DNA of 64,000 nucleotides from an uncultured delta proteobacterium (GCA_963832165.1 CAWHTE010000002.1:320001-384000); one strand, 5' to 3'; shown: positions 30,947 through 45,190, counted from the stretch's first letter. Made by a program: numbers and translations. The notes: generated by a model not told the origin, from the sequence alone.

Positions 30947-31768
30947 GCCCTTCGGCGGCGCGCGCGCTCGACGCGGCCGCGGTGCGCGCCCACCTCGAGC
31001 GGATCGCGCGGGACGGCTACACGATCGTCGAGGATGCGATCGAGCCCGAGCTGCTCGACGAGCTCTCCGGGGATCTCCTGCGCCTGGAGCGGGAGCTGCG
31101 GATCACCCCGGCGCAGAACGCGTTCGAGGGCACGAAGACCGTGCGCATCTACAACCTGCTCGTGCACGGCGCCTGCTACGAGCGGATCCCGGTCCACCCG
31201 AGTGTGCTGCCGATCGTCGAGGGCGTGCTCGACGCCGGATGCCTGATCTCTTCGCTCTCGTCGATCAGCATCGGGCCCGGACGAAACGCCACAGCCGATC
31301 CACGCCGACGACATGGTGATCCCGCTCGCGAAGCCGCACAACGCGATCATCTGCAACTCGATGTGGGCGCTCACGGACTTCACGGACGAGAACGGTGCGA
31401 CGCGGCTCGTGCCCGGCTCGCATCTGCGCGACTCGCCGACCTACGGCTCCGATGTCGAGAGCGTGCCTGCACAGATGCGCCGCGGCAGCGTGCTGATCTG
31501 GCACGGGAGCCTGTGGCACGGTGGCGGCGCGAACCGCACCCGCGAGCGCCGTGTCGGCATCGCCATGAACTACTGCGCGGGCTTCATCCGCCAGCAGGAG
31601 AATCAGCAGCTCGGGATTCCGCGCGAGATCGCGAGCCGATTCTCGCCGCGCCTGCGCGAGCTCGTCGGATACGGCGTCTACCGCGGCCTGATCGGACACA
31701 TCGACAAGCACAGCCCGGCCGAGCTGCTCTCGGCGCCGATCGGATCGAAGATGATCTGGGATCACTGA
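30943..31768 (+). CDS. Phytanoyl-CoA dioxygenase family protein; frameshift near 31280
   Basis: RDGYTIVE, QPIHADD, NGATRLVPGSH, LWHGGG. Confidence 0.85.
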
Positions 31769-31787
31769 TCCCGCCACGCGGCTCTTG

Positions 31788-32360
31788 CTACGGCCGGCCG
31801 CGCGACTCGCCGCGCACGAGCGCGTGCGCGAACAGGTGGGCGAGGCGCAGCGGCTCGGGCAGATCCGACTTCGCGCGCGTGCGCGCGATCAGCTCCGCGG
31901 CGAGCTCGGGTGCGCCGCCCGCAATGCTCGCGCGCAGTCCGCCCGGCAGGGCGATCGACGGAGGCGCTGCCGCGAGCAGCGCGGCGCGGTCGGGGAAGCC
32001 GGCCGTCAGCAGTGCGCCGCGCAGCGGCTCATCGCTGCGGTCCTTCCGGTTCACCACCACCACGGGCGTCCCGAGCGCTCGAGCGAGCGCCGTTGGATCG
32101 AGCACTGCGAGCCCCGCGAGCGTGATGCCGCCGAACAGCACCCCGTGCAGCGCGGGCGCGAAGCGCCGCGCGCGGATCCAGTCGGAGAGGAACTCCGTGA
32201 CGCCGTCGCCGTCGACGGGGAAGTCGGTCACGGCGATCGCCTCGACGAGGTCGTGCCCCTCCATCATCACACCCACGATCGGTGCGCGTCCGTCGGTCCG
32301 ATACTTCTCGAACGGCCCGTCGTCGACGCCGAGCACGTGGGGTCGAGCGGGTAGGGACAT
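31788..32360 (-). CDS. DUF99 family (endonuclease V-like fold)
   Basis: LGVDDGPF, VDGDG, LPEPLRLAH. Confidence 0.8.
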   Translation of the reverse strand: MSLPARPHVLGVDDGPFEKYRTDGRAPIVGVMMEGHDLVEAIAVTDFPVDGDGVTEFLSDWIRARRFAPALHGVLFGGITLAGLAVLDPTALARALGTPVVVVNRKDRSDEPLRGALLTAGFPDRAALLAAAPPSIALPGGLRASIAGGAPELAAELIARTRAKSDLPEPLRLAHLFAHALVRGESRGRP

Positions 32361-32382
32361 CGTGGGGTCGATTCTACGAGGA

Positions 32383-36078
<3,696 letters not shown>

Positions 36079-36107
36079 TTGGATCCTCTCGGCTCGCGCC
36101 GCCCGGC

Positions 36108-36138
36108 AGTATAGTTAAATATCAGCCTATCTCAATGT
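36108..36138 (-). promoter_or_regulatory. Sigma70-type promoter of metH with an overlapping imperfect 20-bp palindrome (candidate operator)
   Basis: TTGAGA(36135-36130)-N16-TATACT(36113-36108); ATATCAGCCTATCTCAATGT at 36119-36138. Confidence 0.55.
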
Positions 36139-36782
36139 CCTGATTCAATATCCCCTAGGGGATCTACCAGCCCCAGCAGCGCCGTGAGCTCAGCGAGTGC
36201 CTGCTCCGGCGTCTCGACGCGGATCGTCGTCATGCCGAGCGCGCGCGCGGTCTTGAGATTGCGCCCGATGTCGTCGAGGAAGACCGCCTCGGACGGGGCG
36301 ATCGCGAGAGCCGTGCACGCGTGCTCGTAGATGCGCGGGTCGGGCTTCTGCAGCCCTAACGCACTCGACTCGAAGAACGCGTCGAAGTGCCCGGAGAGCG
36401 AACGCGTGCCCGTGTCGCCTTCGTCGGAGGCCCAGTTGTTCGTGAGCGCGGCCACTCGCAGCCCGCGCGCGCGCAGCGATCGGATCGCCGCGAGCATCGC
36501 GGGGCGCGGCTGCGACTCCGCGGCGATCCTCTCCATCATCGAGCGCGCATCGATTGCGAAGCCCGCCGCGGCGCACTCGGCCTCGAACGCCGGGATGAAT
36601 TCCACGAAGCCGATCCGACCGCGCTCGAGGCGGCCCCACGCTCCCTCGGCTCCCGTATCCGCGACCACGCGGTTGATCGAGCCCGCGGCGATGCCGAGCT
36701 CGCGCTCATAGGCTGCGATCGCGTGCATGGGCGACCCGAGCACGACGCCGCCGAGATCGAAGATCACGGCGCGGATCGCCAC
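36132..36782 (-). CDS. HAD-family phosphatase
   Basis: FDLGGV, LTNN, KPDPRIY, FLDD. Confidence 0.9.
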   Translation of the reverse strand: MAIRAVIFDLGGVVLGSPMHAIAAYERELGIAAGSINRVVADTGAEGAWGRLERGRIGFVEFIPAFEAECAAAGFAIDARSMMERIAAESQPRPAMLAAIRSLRARGLRVAALTNNWASDEGDTGTRSLSGHFDAFFESSALGLQKPDPRIYEHACTALAIAPSEAVFLDDIGRNLKTARALGMTTIRVETPEQALAELTALLGLVDPLGDIESGH

Positions 36783-37865
36783 CTAACGCTCCGCGTTCGA
36801 TACGCGCACGATGCGGTCGCCCGCGAACGTGCCGATCAGGAGACCGCCCTCCACCTCGAGTCCCACGGTGCCCGCACCGCTCGGTGTACCCGGACCGCCC
36901 TCGTAGACCGTCTCGGTTGCCATCGTGTTCGGATCGAGTGCGACGATCGCGAACGGCATCGGGCAGGATCCGCCCTCGAGGCCATCGCACGAGAGCATCT
37001 CGCGCATCTCGCCGCGCAGCGAGGCCACGAGCAGTTGGCCGTCGCGTGTCCACGTGAGGTTGTCCGGCTGCATCACCTCGGCGCGCGCCTCGATCTCGCC
37101 CGTGCGGCGATCGATCCGCCGCACCTCGCTCGCGAGCGTGGCGTTCAGGAAGATCTTCTCGCCGTCGGCCGAGAGCTCGATGCCGTTCGGACCCGCTACG
37201 CGCGTGCCAGGCACTTCGGAGAATCCCTGCTCCCGACTCCACGCGTACACCCATCCCGTGTCACCGCCGAACAGCACGGCCTTCGCCGCGGCGAACATGA
37301 ACGCAGTGGACGAGATGGGCCCGAAGCGCGTGACGAGGAATCCGCCGTCGGGCAGCGCGACCACGTCGTTGAGACCGCCCTCCGGCGCCACGGCACAGCC
37401 GCGCCACACCAGCTGCCACGAGCCCTGCGCCGGGAGCACCTCGAACATCTCCACCGACTCGCGCTCGCCGTGCTGCACAACGAGCAGCTGCAGAAACCCG
37501 TCGGCGCGCTTCGCGAGGTAGATCCCGTGTGGACTGAACGCGGTCGACGGTCCGCTGCAGTCGGCCTCGCCCCAGGGTCCCGGGGCCGTAGGCTCACCGC
37601 CCGCGAACAAGCTCGTGTGTTCGCCCGACTCGAGGTCGAGCAGCGAGATCCGGCCCGAGCGCGCACCCGCCTCACCGAACCCACCGTACTCGCTCACGAG
37701 CACGTGGCGGCCGTCGGGCAGCAGCGCGAGATCCTCGGGGTTCTGGTAACCGCACAGCGGCGCCGCAGCGCCGATCGGATCGCACGACGCGATCGGCGGG
37801 GCCGAGCCGCACGCGACCAGGCCGAACGCGAACACGATGGCGGCAGAGACGGCGACGTGGTTCAT
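36783..37865 (-). CDS. SMP-30/paraoxonase-like beta-propeller lipoprotein
   Basis: Lipobox LVAC, NPEDL, FSPHGI, LNDV, PNGI, PDNL. Confidence 0.82.
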   Translation of the reverse strand: MNHVAVSAAIVFAFGLVACGSAPPIASCDPIGAAAPLCGYQNPEDLALLPDGRHVLVSEYGGFGEAGARSGRISLLDLESGEHTSLFAGGEPTAPGPWGEADCSGPSTAFSPHGIYLAKRADGFLQLLVVQHGERESVEMFEVLPAQGSWQLVWRGCAVAPEGGLNDVVALPDGGFLVTRFGPISSTAFMFAAAKAVLFGGDTGWVYAWSREQGFSEVPGTRVAGPNGIELSADGEKIFLNATLASEVRRIDRRTGEIEARAEVMQPDNLTWTRDGQLLVASLRGEMREMLSCDGLEGGSCPMPFAIVALDPNTMATETVYEGGPGTPSGAGTVGLEVEGGLLIGTFAGDRIVRVSNAER

Positions 37866-37872
37866 CGATCCC

Positions 37873-38766
37873 TCACGGCGTGGGTTGGGCCGGGGAAGGC
37901 TCGCGCGTCGATCGCAGCGCGTCGAGGGTGAAGATCGAGAGCGCGACGGCCACGAACCCGAACGCGATCGCGTGATCGCGCGTGAACGGCTCGCGGTACC
38001 AGAGCACGGCGAGCAGCAGTGCCAGGCTCGGCGAGATGTACTGCAGGATCCCGATCGCGCTGAGCGGCAACCGCCGCGTGGCGCTCGCGAAGAACACGAG
38101 CGGCGCCGCAGTGACGAGCCCAGAGGCGGCGAGCCACGCGTCGACTCCGGCTCCCGCACCCGGAAGCGCGAGCGATCCGTCCGGCTGCGCGACCAGGAAC
38201 ACGGCCGCGAGCGGGGCGAGCAGCAGCATCTCGACCGCGAACCCCGCGAGCGACGAGACCGGTACGACCTTTCTCACGAGTCCGTAGAGCGCGAACGAGA
38301 TCGCGAGCGCGGCCGAGATCCAGGGCAGACCACCGAGGCGCGCGGTCCACCACGCGACGCCCGCGGTCGCGATGCCGACCGCGAGCCACTGCGCGGGGCG
38401 CAGTCGCTCGCGCAGCACGACGAAGCCGAGCGCGACCGAGACGAGCGGATTGATGTAGTAGCCGAGGCTCGTGTCGGTGATGCGCCCGGCCTGCACGGCG
38501 AGGATGAACACGAGCCAGTTCACGCCCAGCAGCGCTGCCGAGAACGCGATCGGGAGCAGGCTGCGGACGTCTCGCAACACGAGCGCCAGATCGCGCGCAC
38601 GGCGGGCGAGCAGCAGCAAAGCGAGGCCGAACGCGGCCGAACACAGCGCGCGCCACGCGGTCAGCTCCGCGGCGGGGATTTCCGCGAGCTGCTTCCAGTA
38701 GACGGGCATGAAACTCCAGAGCCCGTAGGCGGCGAGCGCGAAGGCGGTGCCCACGGCGGTGTTCAT
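37873..38766 (-). CDS. rarD: EamA-family transporter RarD
   Basis: LLGVNW, SLGYYINPL, YGLVRK, LQYISPS. Confidence 0.93.
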   Translation of the reverse strand: MNTAVGTAFALAAYGLWSFMPVYWKQLAEIPAAELTAWRALCSAAFGLALLLLARRARDLALVLRDVRSLLPIAFSAALLGVNWLVFILAVQAGRITDTSLGYYINPLVSVALGFVVLRERLRPAQWLAVGIATAGVAWWTARLGGLPWISAALAISFALYGLVRKVVPVSSLAGFAVEMLLLAPLAAVFLVAQPDGSLALPGAGAGVDAWLAASGLVTAAPLVFFASATRRLPLSAIGILQYISPSLALLLAVLWYREPFTRDHAIAFGFVAVALSIFTLDALRSTREPSPAQPTP

Positions 38767-38831
38767 GGGGGCGGAGGGCGTGTGACCGGGCGGCATCGGG
38801 GCGCGCCAGGATACAGGCCGCGGGCGCTACC

Positions 38832-39764
38832 GTGTCGCGCATGGAGTTCGTCCGGTCTCGGGCCGGTGGCCTGCGCATCCTCCACCGACCCGACCTCGCG
38901 CCGGAGCACGTCGTGCGCGCGATCGAGGCGCATCGGTCCAACGCGGATCGGGGGCGCGAGTTCTGCGAGCACTGGGGCCCGGCGTCGTCGGTGAGCCGGA
39001 TCCTGCTGCGCCGCGACCAGGGCGATCTCGATCTCGCGGTGAAGTGGAACCACGCGCGCGGGCCGCGCGCTGCGTTCACCGAGTGGTGGCGCGGATCGCG
39101 CGCGGCGCGCGCCGTCACGGGGGCCGAGCAGCTGCGCGGCATCGGGATCCCGCATCCCGAGGCGGTCGCGATTGCGGAGAACCGGCGGCCGGGTCGCCTC
39201 TCCGAGAGCTATCTGCTCACGTGCTTCGTGGCCGGATCCACACCGCTTCCCGCGCTCATGCCGCAGCTGCTCGCCGCGCCGCGACGCCGGCGCGCCATCG
39301 CGTTCGAGATCGGCCGCGTGGTCGGTGCGCTGCACGCGGCCGGCCTCGATCACGCCGATCTCAAGCACTCGAATCTCCTGGTCACGGCCGACGACCGCAT
39401 CGCTCTGCTCGACCTCGACTCGCTGATTCCGCCGCGAGCGCCGACCTGGCGCCGGCGCGTGCGCGCGCTCGGGCAGCTCGAGGCCTATGCGAGCGACCTG
39501 TATCCCGAGCTTCCGCGCAGCGATCGCGCGCGCGTGCTGCACGCCTACTTCGAGCGCGAGCCCGCGCTGCGCGCGCGCCGCCGCGAGCTGGTGCGCGAGG
39601 TGCGGCGCTGGGTCGAGCATCGGCTCCAACGCTGGCTCGGACGCGACCGCGAGCTCCACATCTACTACCCGCTCGCGCCGCGCGCACCGCTCGCGCCGAC
39701 GCTCGTCGATCTGCGCGCGAGCGCGGACTCGAGAGTGCAGGGCGGGGGAGCGCGATGCGCATAG
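38832..39764 (+). CDS. LPS kinase (Kdo/WaaP/InaA) family
   Basis: AVK, HADLKHSNLL, LLDLD. Confidence 0.82.
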   Translation: MSRMEFVRSRAGGLRILHRPDLAPEHVVRAIEAHRSNADRGREFCEHWGPASSVSRILLRRDQGDLDLAVKWNHARGPRAAFTEWWRGSRAARAVTGAEQLRGIGIPHPEAVAIAENRRPGRLSESYLLTCFVAGSTPLPALMPQLLAAPRRRRAIAFEIGRVVGALHAAGLDHADLKHSNLLVTADDRIALLDLDSLIPPRAPTWRRRVRALGQLEAYASDLYPELPRSDRARVLHAYFEREPALRARRRELVREVRRWVEHRLQRWLGRDRELHIYYPLAPRAPLAPTLVDLRASADSRVQGGGARCA

Positions 39765-40909
39765 CACTCACCCACCCGCGCGCGAGTGACCTGGGCGGCG
39801 TCGAGCGCCAGGCACATAGCGTGGCGCAGGCGCTGCTCGACGCAGGCCACGAGGTGCACTTCTTCTGCCAGCGCGCCGACGCGAGCATCGACCCGCGGAT
39901 CACCGTGCACCGCGTCTCGAATCCGCTGCGTCCCGTGCGCTGGTTCAAGGTCTGGTGGTTCGACCGCGCCTGCGAACGCGCCGTGGCAGCCTCGGGACCG
40001 TTCGATCTCGTGCACGGCTTCGGGAAGACGTCGCGTCAGGACGTGTATTTCGACGGCAGCGGCTGTCTCGCCGATTTTCAGACCTGGTCGGTCGACGGCG
40101 CGATCGCATCGGAGTGGCGACGCCGGCTGCGGCGCGCGAGCCCGCATCAGCGCGTGGTCGCGCGGATCGAGCGCGCGCGGTACACGCGCGGGAACTACCG
40201 CCGCGTACTCGCGATCTCCGAGCTCGTGCGCCAGCAGATCCTCGAGCGATACGCACTCGCGCCGCACGACGTCGAGACCGTCTACCCGGGCGTCGATCTC
40301 GAGCGGTTCGCGCCCGATCCATCGGCGCGCGAGCAGACGCGCCGCGTGCTAGGCGTGGCCCACGACGTGCCGCTGATCGCGTTTCTGGGCTCGGACTATC
40401 GCCGCAAGGGGATCCCGGTCCTGCTCGCAGCGCTCGCGCAGATCCCCGGCGCGCACGCATTCGTGATCGGGGCGGAGCGGGCCGCGCGTCGCGCGGCGTT
40501 CGAGAGCGAGGCGCGCGCGGCGGGGCTCGGCGAGCGGATCCACTGGCTCGGCGTCCAGCCCGAGCCGCAGCGCTGGCTCGCGGCTGCCGACCTGCTGCTG
40601 TTCCCGACCCGGTTCGATGCCTTCGGCAGCGCGGTGCTCGAGGCGCTCGCGTGCGGCGTCCCCGCGATCGTGAGCCGGCTCGCGGGCGCCGCGGAGCTGG
40701 TGTCGCCGGGGGAGACCGGGCTCGTGGTCGACGCGCACGCCGACGTCTCCACCTGGGCCGCGGCGGCGCGCCCGTTCCTCGACCCGGTCCGGCGTCCCGA
40801 GGTTCGCGCCCGCGCGCGCGCGACCGCCGAGCGCCATCCGTGGAGCCGCCATGCCCAGCGCGTGCTCGCGGTCTATCAGGAGCTAACCGGGGTCCCCAAG
40901 GGGGAATAG
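39755..40909 (+). CDS. GT4 glycosyltransferase (WaaG-like)
   Basis: GGVER, GSDYRRKG, FDAFGSAVLEALACGVP. Confidence 0.88.
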   Translation: MRIALTHPRASDLGGVERQAHSVAQALLDAGHEVHFFCQRADASIDPRITVHRVSNPLRPVRWFKVWWFDRACERAVAASGPFDLVHGFGKTSRQDVYFDGSGCLADFQTWSVDGAIASEWRRRLRRASPHQRVVARIERARYTRGNYRRVLAISELVRQQILERYALAPHDVETVYPGVDLERFAPDPSAREQTRRVLGVAHDVPLIAFLGSDYRRKGIPVLLAALAQIPGAHAFVIGAERAARRAAFESEARAAGLGERIHWLGVQPEPQRWLAAADLLLFPTRFDAFGSAVLEALACGVPAIVSRLAGAAELVSPGETGLVVDAHADVSTWAAAARPFLDPVRRPEVRARARATAERHPWSRHAQRVLAVYQELTGVPKGE

Positions 40910-41008
40910 CGGGTCGCCCGCGGGCATTCCATACTCGGGCGGGCCACGAATTTCCCCGGGCATCCCCCATTCCGCCCGGAACGCTGAGGCGAGGGGAAAA
41001 AGCCTTCG

Positions 41009-43183
41009 ATGGATTTCGAGCGGGCCTTCGACACCCTGGGGCTCACGCCCGGGGCGTCCGAGCAGGACGTCGACGCCGCCTATCGCCGTCTCTGCGTGGA
41101 CTTCGATGCGCGCATCGGGCGCGTGAACAGCCTCGCTCTGCGCGACCGCTATGCCGCCGCGCGCGCCGAGCTCGAAGGCGCGCGCGCGATCGCGCTCCAG
41201 GCGGCCAAGCTGAACACCGCTTCGCGGAACGTTCCCGAGAACTTCGCCACGCGCGCGTGGGCGGTGCTCGGGCTCGCCGTGGGTGCGTCGCCGCTCGAAG
41301 TGGCGTCGGCGTACGTCTCGCTGTGCGAAGAGCTCGATCGCGAGCTCGCGGAGGCTCCCACTGAAGCGCTGCGCCACCGCTGCCTCGAAGCGCGCGCCGA
41401 GATCGACAGCGCCTATCAACAATGCGCGGCCGCACCGCTCGCGGCGGAGACGGCCGGAGACGCGAACGCCAGGGCGGGCTACGAGACCCAGGTGGCGCGC
41501 GCGACCTTCGAGGCTCCGATCGCGGCGCCGCCGACCCCGGATGCTGCACTGATGCGGATCCTCGCCGAGCCCGACCCGCCCCAGACGCCGCGCCGGCGTC
41601 ACCGCCGCCGCCCGCTGCGCCGCTTCGCCGTCTCCTCGGCGCTGCTGCTGTTCGCCGCGGCCGGATCACTCGGCTACGTCTGGTGGAGCGATCCCGAGCG
41701 CGTGCACTTCCTCACGCGCTACATCCCGCTGCCGCCGGATCCGGAGCTGGTCGAATCCCAGACGAGCGCGGAGTATCTGCGGCGCCGCGTCGCGGAGGAA
41801 CGCCGCGACATCCAGCGCCGTGCGGAAGAGGCCGCCGCGCGCCTGGTGCGAATGCAGACCGAGCCCGCGCCGACAGCGGACGGCTCCGATCCGCACACGC
41901 GCACCGATGGCACGCTCGAGCAGGCGCAGGCCCGCTCCGAGCTCGCGAAGCATCTGTTCGAGCTCACCGAGCGGCACATCTTCTCGAGCAGCGCGCTCGC
42001 CGAGGCGTTCGGGCACATGGAGCTCGCCACCGAGCTCGCGGGCGCGGGCGAAACCGATCGCGCCGTGGCGGCCTACTCCGAGGCGCGCGCGAACCTCGAG
42101 GCCACGCTCGCCAATCTCGACGAGGCCGAGTCGGCGCTCGGTGCGCGCTACGAGGCGGTCGATGCGCGCGACGCCTGGGTCGCGCTCGCGGCATCGGCCG
42201 GGCTCGAGCCAGGCCAGTCCGTGCTCGACGGCGGACAGCGGCTGGACGAGGCCGATGCGCTGCTCGACGGGGGCAACTTCGCGACCGCGATTCCCGAGAT
42301 GCGCCTGGCCTCGCAGAATTTCCGCACGGCGATCGACGAGGCGCGGCGTGAGCTCGCGGCGCGACGGGAGGTCTTCGAAGCCGAGCGCAAGAGCGAGCGG
42401 GCGCGCGCAGAGGCGGATCGCCTCGCGCGCGCAGTGGAGCTCGGCTCGAGTGAGGACACGTCGCTGCCGCCGGTGTCGTCCGGGAACGCCACCGACGTCA
42501 AATTGGTCACGATCCCGGCCGGGAGCTTCGTCTATGGCTGCAACGGCGACGGAGGCCGCGAATGCCCGTCGTCGGAGTCGCCGGGTCAGCGCGCCGAGAT
42601 CTCCGCGTTCAAGATCGATCGCACCGAGGTGCGCGTGAGCGAGTACCGCCGCTGTGTCGACGAGGGCGCCTGCGCACCGCCCGGCGTGGCGAACGGCTGC
42701 AACTGGAGTGCGCCCGGTCGCGGTGACCATCCCGTGAACTGCATCGACTGGGAGCAGGCCGCGACTTATTGCGGCTGGGTCGGGAAGCGGCTTCCGACCG
42801 AACAGGAATGGGAGAAGGCCGCGCGCGGAACCGACGGCCGCGTCTATCCGTGGGGCAACACGAGCGCATCCTGCGACGTGGCCGTGATGAGCGGCGGTTC
42901 GGGAGCGGGTTGCGGCGGCGCCTCGACGGCGCCGGTGGCCAGCCGCGACCGCGGCCGAAGCCCCTACGGGTTGTTCGACATGGCCGGCAACGTGCTCGAG
43001 TGGACCGGAAGCGCGTTCGCGTCCGGCGCCGGCGCGCGCGTACTGCGCGGCGGATCCTGGAAGAACGACGCCGGCGCGGTCCGCTCCTCGCATCGCGAAG
43101 GAGCGCTGCCGAACGTGCGCGACCCAAGCATCGGGTTCCGCTGCGCACAGGGTGCGATCGTCGCCGAGATGCGCGCGCATTGA
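41009..43183 (+). CDS. Membrane protein: two J-domain-like repeats, TM helix, helical stalk, C-terminal FGE-sulfatase (SUMF1) domain
   Basis: LGLTPGAS..V.AAY and LGLAVGAS..V..AY; HPVNCIDW, RLPTEQEWEKAARG, DMAGNVLEW, RGGSW, GFRCA. Confidence 0.85.
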   Translation: MDFERAFDTLGLTPGASEQDVDAAYRRLCVDFDARIGRVNSLALRDRYAAARAELEGARAIALQAAKLNTASRNVPENFATRAWAVLGLAVGASPLEVASAYVSLCEELDRELAEAPTEALRHRCLEARAEIDSAYQQCAAAPLAAETAGDANARAGYETQVARATFEAPIAAPPTPDAALMRILAEPDPPQTPRRRHRRRPLRRFAVSSALLLFAAAGSLGYVWWSDPERVHFLTRYIPLPPDPELVESQTSAEYLRRRVAEERRDIQRRAEEAAARLVRMQTEPAPTADGSDPHTRTDGTLEQAQARSELAKHLFELTERHIFSSSALAEAFGHMELATELAGAGETDRAVAAYSEARANLEATLANLDEAESALGARYEAVDARDAWVALAASAGLEPGQSVLDGGQRLDEADALLDGGNFATAIPEMRLASQNFRTAIDEARRELAARREVFEAERKSERARAEADRLARAVELGSSEDTSLPPVSSGNATDVKLVTIPAGSFVYGCNGDGGRECPSSESPGQRAEISAFKIDRTEVRVSEYRRCVDEGACAPPGVANGCNWSAPGRGDHPVNCIDWEQAATYCGWVGKRLPTEQEWEKAARGTDGRVYPWGNTSASCDVAVMSGGSGAGCGGASTAPVASRDRGRSPYGLFDMAGNVLEWTGSAFASGAGARVLRGGSWKNDAGAVRSSHREGALPNVRDPSIGFRCAQGAIVAEMRAH

Positions 43184-43926
43184 TTCCGCTCCGCGACGAC
43201 AACCCCACGCTCGGCACGTCCACGGCGACGTTCGCCATCATCGGCGCGAACATCGCAGCGTGGATCTTCGTGCAGGGGCTCGGCACCGAGCCCACGCTCG
43301 CGCGCTCGGTCTGCGAGCTCGGTGCGATTCCGGGCGCTCTGCTCGGCAGAGTGGCGACGGGTGCCGCGGTTCCGCTCGGGCCCGGACTCGAATGCGTGGT
43401 CGGTCACGGGGGCTGGCACACGCTGTTCACCTCGATGTTCATGCACGGCGGCTGGTTCCACATTCTCGGCAACCTGTGGTTCCTGTGGGTGTTCGGAGAC
43501 AACGTCGAGGATGCGATGGGGCCGCTCCGGTTCGCGGTGTTCTATGTCGTGTGCGGCATCGCCGCGGCGCTCGCCCACGTCGCCTCGAGCCCGGACAGTG
43601 CAGTGCCGGTGGTCGGAGCGTCGGGAGCGATCGGCGGTGTGATGGGTGCATACGCGGTGCTCTACCCGCGCGCGCCCGTGCACATGCTCCTCGCGCTCGG
43701 CTTCTACTTCACGCGCGTCGTGGTGCCCGCGTATCTGATGCTCGGATACTGGTTTCTGCTCCAGCTCCTCGGCGGCATCCCGGCACTGCAGGGTACCGGA
43801 GGGGGTGTCGCATTCTGGGCACACGTGGGCGGATTCGCCGCTGGCATCGCACTGCTGCCGCTGTTCCGGGTTCCCGCGCGAGTCGAGGCCCATCGACGTC
43901 ACGTCGCGGAGCGCTTCGGCGCGTAG
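43180..43926 (+). CDS. Rhomboid intramembrane serine protease
   Basis: IPLRDDNP, SMFMHGG..H..GN, GASGA, AHVGGF. Confidence 0.93.
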   Translation: MIPLRDDNPTLGTSTATFAIIGANIAAWIFVQGLGTEPTLARSVCELGAIPGALLGRVATGAAVPLGPGLECVVGHGGWHTLFTSMFMHGGWFHILGNLWFLWVFGDNVEDAMGPLRFAVFYVVCGIAAALAHVASSPDSAVPVVGASGAIGGVMGAYAVLYPRAPVHMLLALGFYFTRVVVPAYLMLGYWFLLQLLGGIPALQGTGGGVAFWAHVGGFAAGIALLPLFRVPARVEAHRRHVAERFGA

Positions 43927-43976
43927 TTTTGCGGCTATGATTCTCGTCCACTTCCCGGTGGAACATCGCTGGAGGA

Positions 43977-44273
43977 ATGCGCGTGGTCACGATCGGAATG
44001 AACTACTTCGTGCTGCCCGGGAAGGAGCAGATCTTCGAGGACGCCTGCGATCGCGTGGTGCAGACGATGCAGGGCATCGACGGCCACGACCAATCCCATC
44101 TCTATCGGCGGATCGGCGGAGACGACCGGGTGTATCTGATCGTGTCGCGCTGGCAGAGCGAAGCCGCCTTCGATGCCTTCGTCGCGTCCGATGCGTTCAA
44201 GAAGGTCACGAACTGGGGCAAGCAGAACATTCTCTCCGGTCCGCCGCGCCACACCACGTATCGCGAGGGGTGA
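43977..44273 (+). CDS. Antibiotic biosynthesis monooxygenase (ABM) family protein
   Basis: PGKEQIFE, YLIVSRW...F...SDAF. Confidence 0.85.
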   Translation: MRVVTIGMNYFVLPGKEQIFEDACDRVVQTMQGIDGHDQSHLYRRIGGDDRVYLIVSRWQSEAAFDAFVASDAFKKVTNWGKQNILSGPPRHTTYREG

Positions 44274-45190
44274 CCCGCTCGGCGCCCGCCGCGCGTCCCA
44301 CCGTCGTCGGGCTGGGCCTGTGCGTGGTCGATCACCTCTACGTGGTCGACGAGATCGCGAGCACGCGCGAGCGCTCGCGCTACACGCAGCGCAAGGTGCT
44401 CGCGGGTGGAATGGTGTCGAACGCGCTCGCTCAGGTCGCGCGCCTCGGTTGCCGCGCCGAGCTGATCTCGCTGGTCGGCAACGACGCAGACGGGCGCCTG
44501 GCCCGGCGCAGTCTGCGCGCGATGGGAGTGTCGACGCGCGGACTCCTGCTCTCGGACGCATTCCCGACCACGATCGCGGTGGTGATGATCGGTGCGCGCG
44601 ACGGCGAGCGCCGTTTCGTCACCGCGCATCGCGCGCGCTTCGAGCGGCGCGTGCCCGCGTTCGATCTCACGCCGGTTCGTCCTGGGCGCGTGTTGCTGAT
44701 CGACGGCCATTTCCCCGCGCAGGCGCTGCGCGCCGCGAAGCGCGCGCGCTCGCTCGGCGTTCCGATCGTCGCGGACTTCAGCGATCCGCGCCCCGACTAT
44801 CTCCGCCTGCTTCCCTGGGTGGATCACCCCGTGCTCCCCGAGGCATTCGTGCGGCAGTGGTCGCCGGGCGATCCCGCCGACGCGCTGCGCAGGCTGCGGC
44901 GCGAGTTCGGCGGCTCGCCCGTCGTGACGCTCGGCGCGCGCGGCGGTCTCTACTGGTGCAACGGGAAGGTGAGGCAGTACCGCAGCCCGCGTGTGCGCGT
45001 GCTCGACACGACCGGCGCAGGTGACGTGTTCCACGGCGCGTTCGCAGCGGGCCTCGCCTCCGGACTCGAGCTTCCCGAGATCGTCGCGCGCGCCGCGCGC
45101 GCGGGCGCGCTCGCGTGCACGGCGCTCGGCGCGACCGCGCGCCTGGCCTCGCGGCGCGAGTGGAAAGGCTTGGTTCCCGCGGGTCGTTGA
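44270..45190 (+). CDS. PfkB-family carbohydrate kinase
   Basis: GG..NA, VGND..G, VTLGARG, DTTGAGDVF. Confidence 0.9.
   Translation: MTRSAPAARPTVVGLGLCVVDHLYVVDEIASTRERSRYTQRKVLAGGMVSNALAQVARLGCRAELISLVGNDADGRLARRSLRAMGVSTRGLLLSDAFPTTIAVVMIGARDGERRFVTAHRARFERRVPAFDLTPVRPGRVLLIDGHFPAQALRAAKRARSLGVPIVADFSDPRPDYLRLLPWVDHPVLPEAFVRQWSPGDPADALRRLRREFGGSPVVTLGARGGLYWCNGKVRQYRSPRVRVLDTTGAGDVFHGAFAAGLASGLELPEIVARAARAGALACTALGATARLASRREWKGLVPAGR

Noticed and set aside
41009..43183. Diversity-generating retroelement target (FGE/CLec fold)
   Set aside because: No reverse transcriptase and no template-repeat copy of the 3' end were seen in the window.
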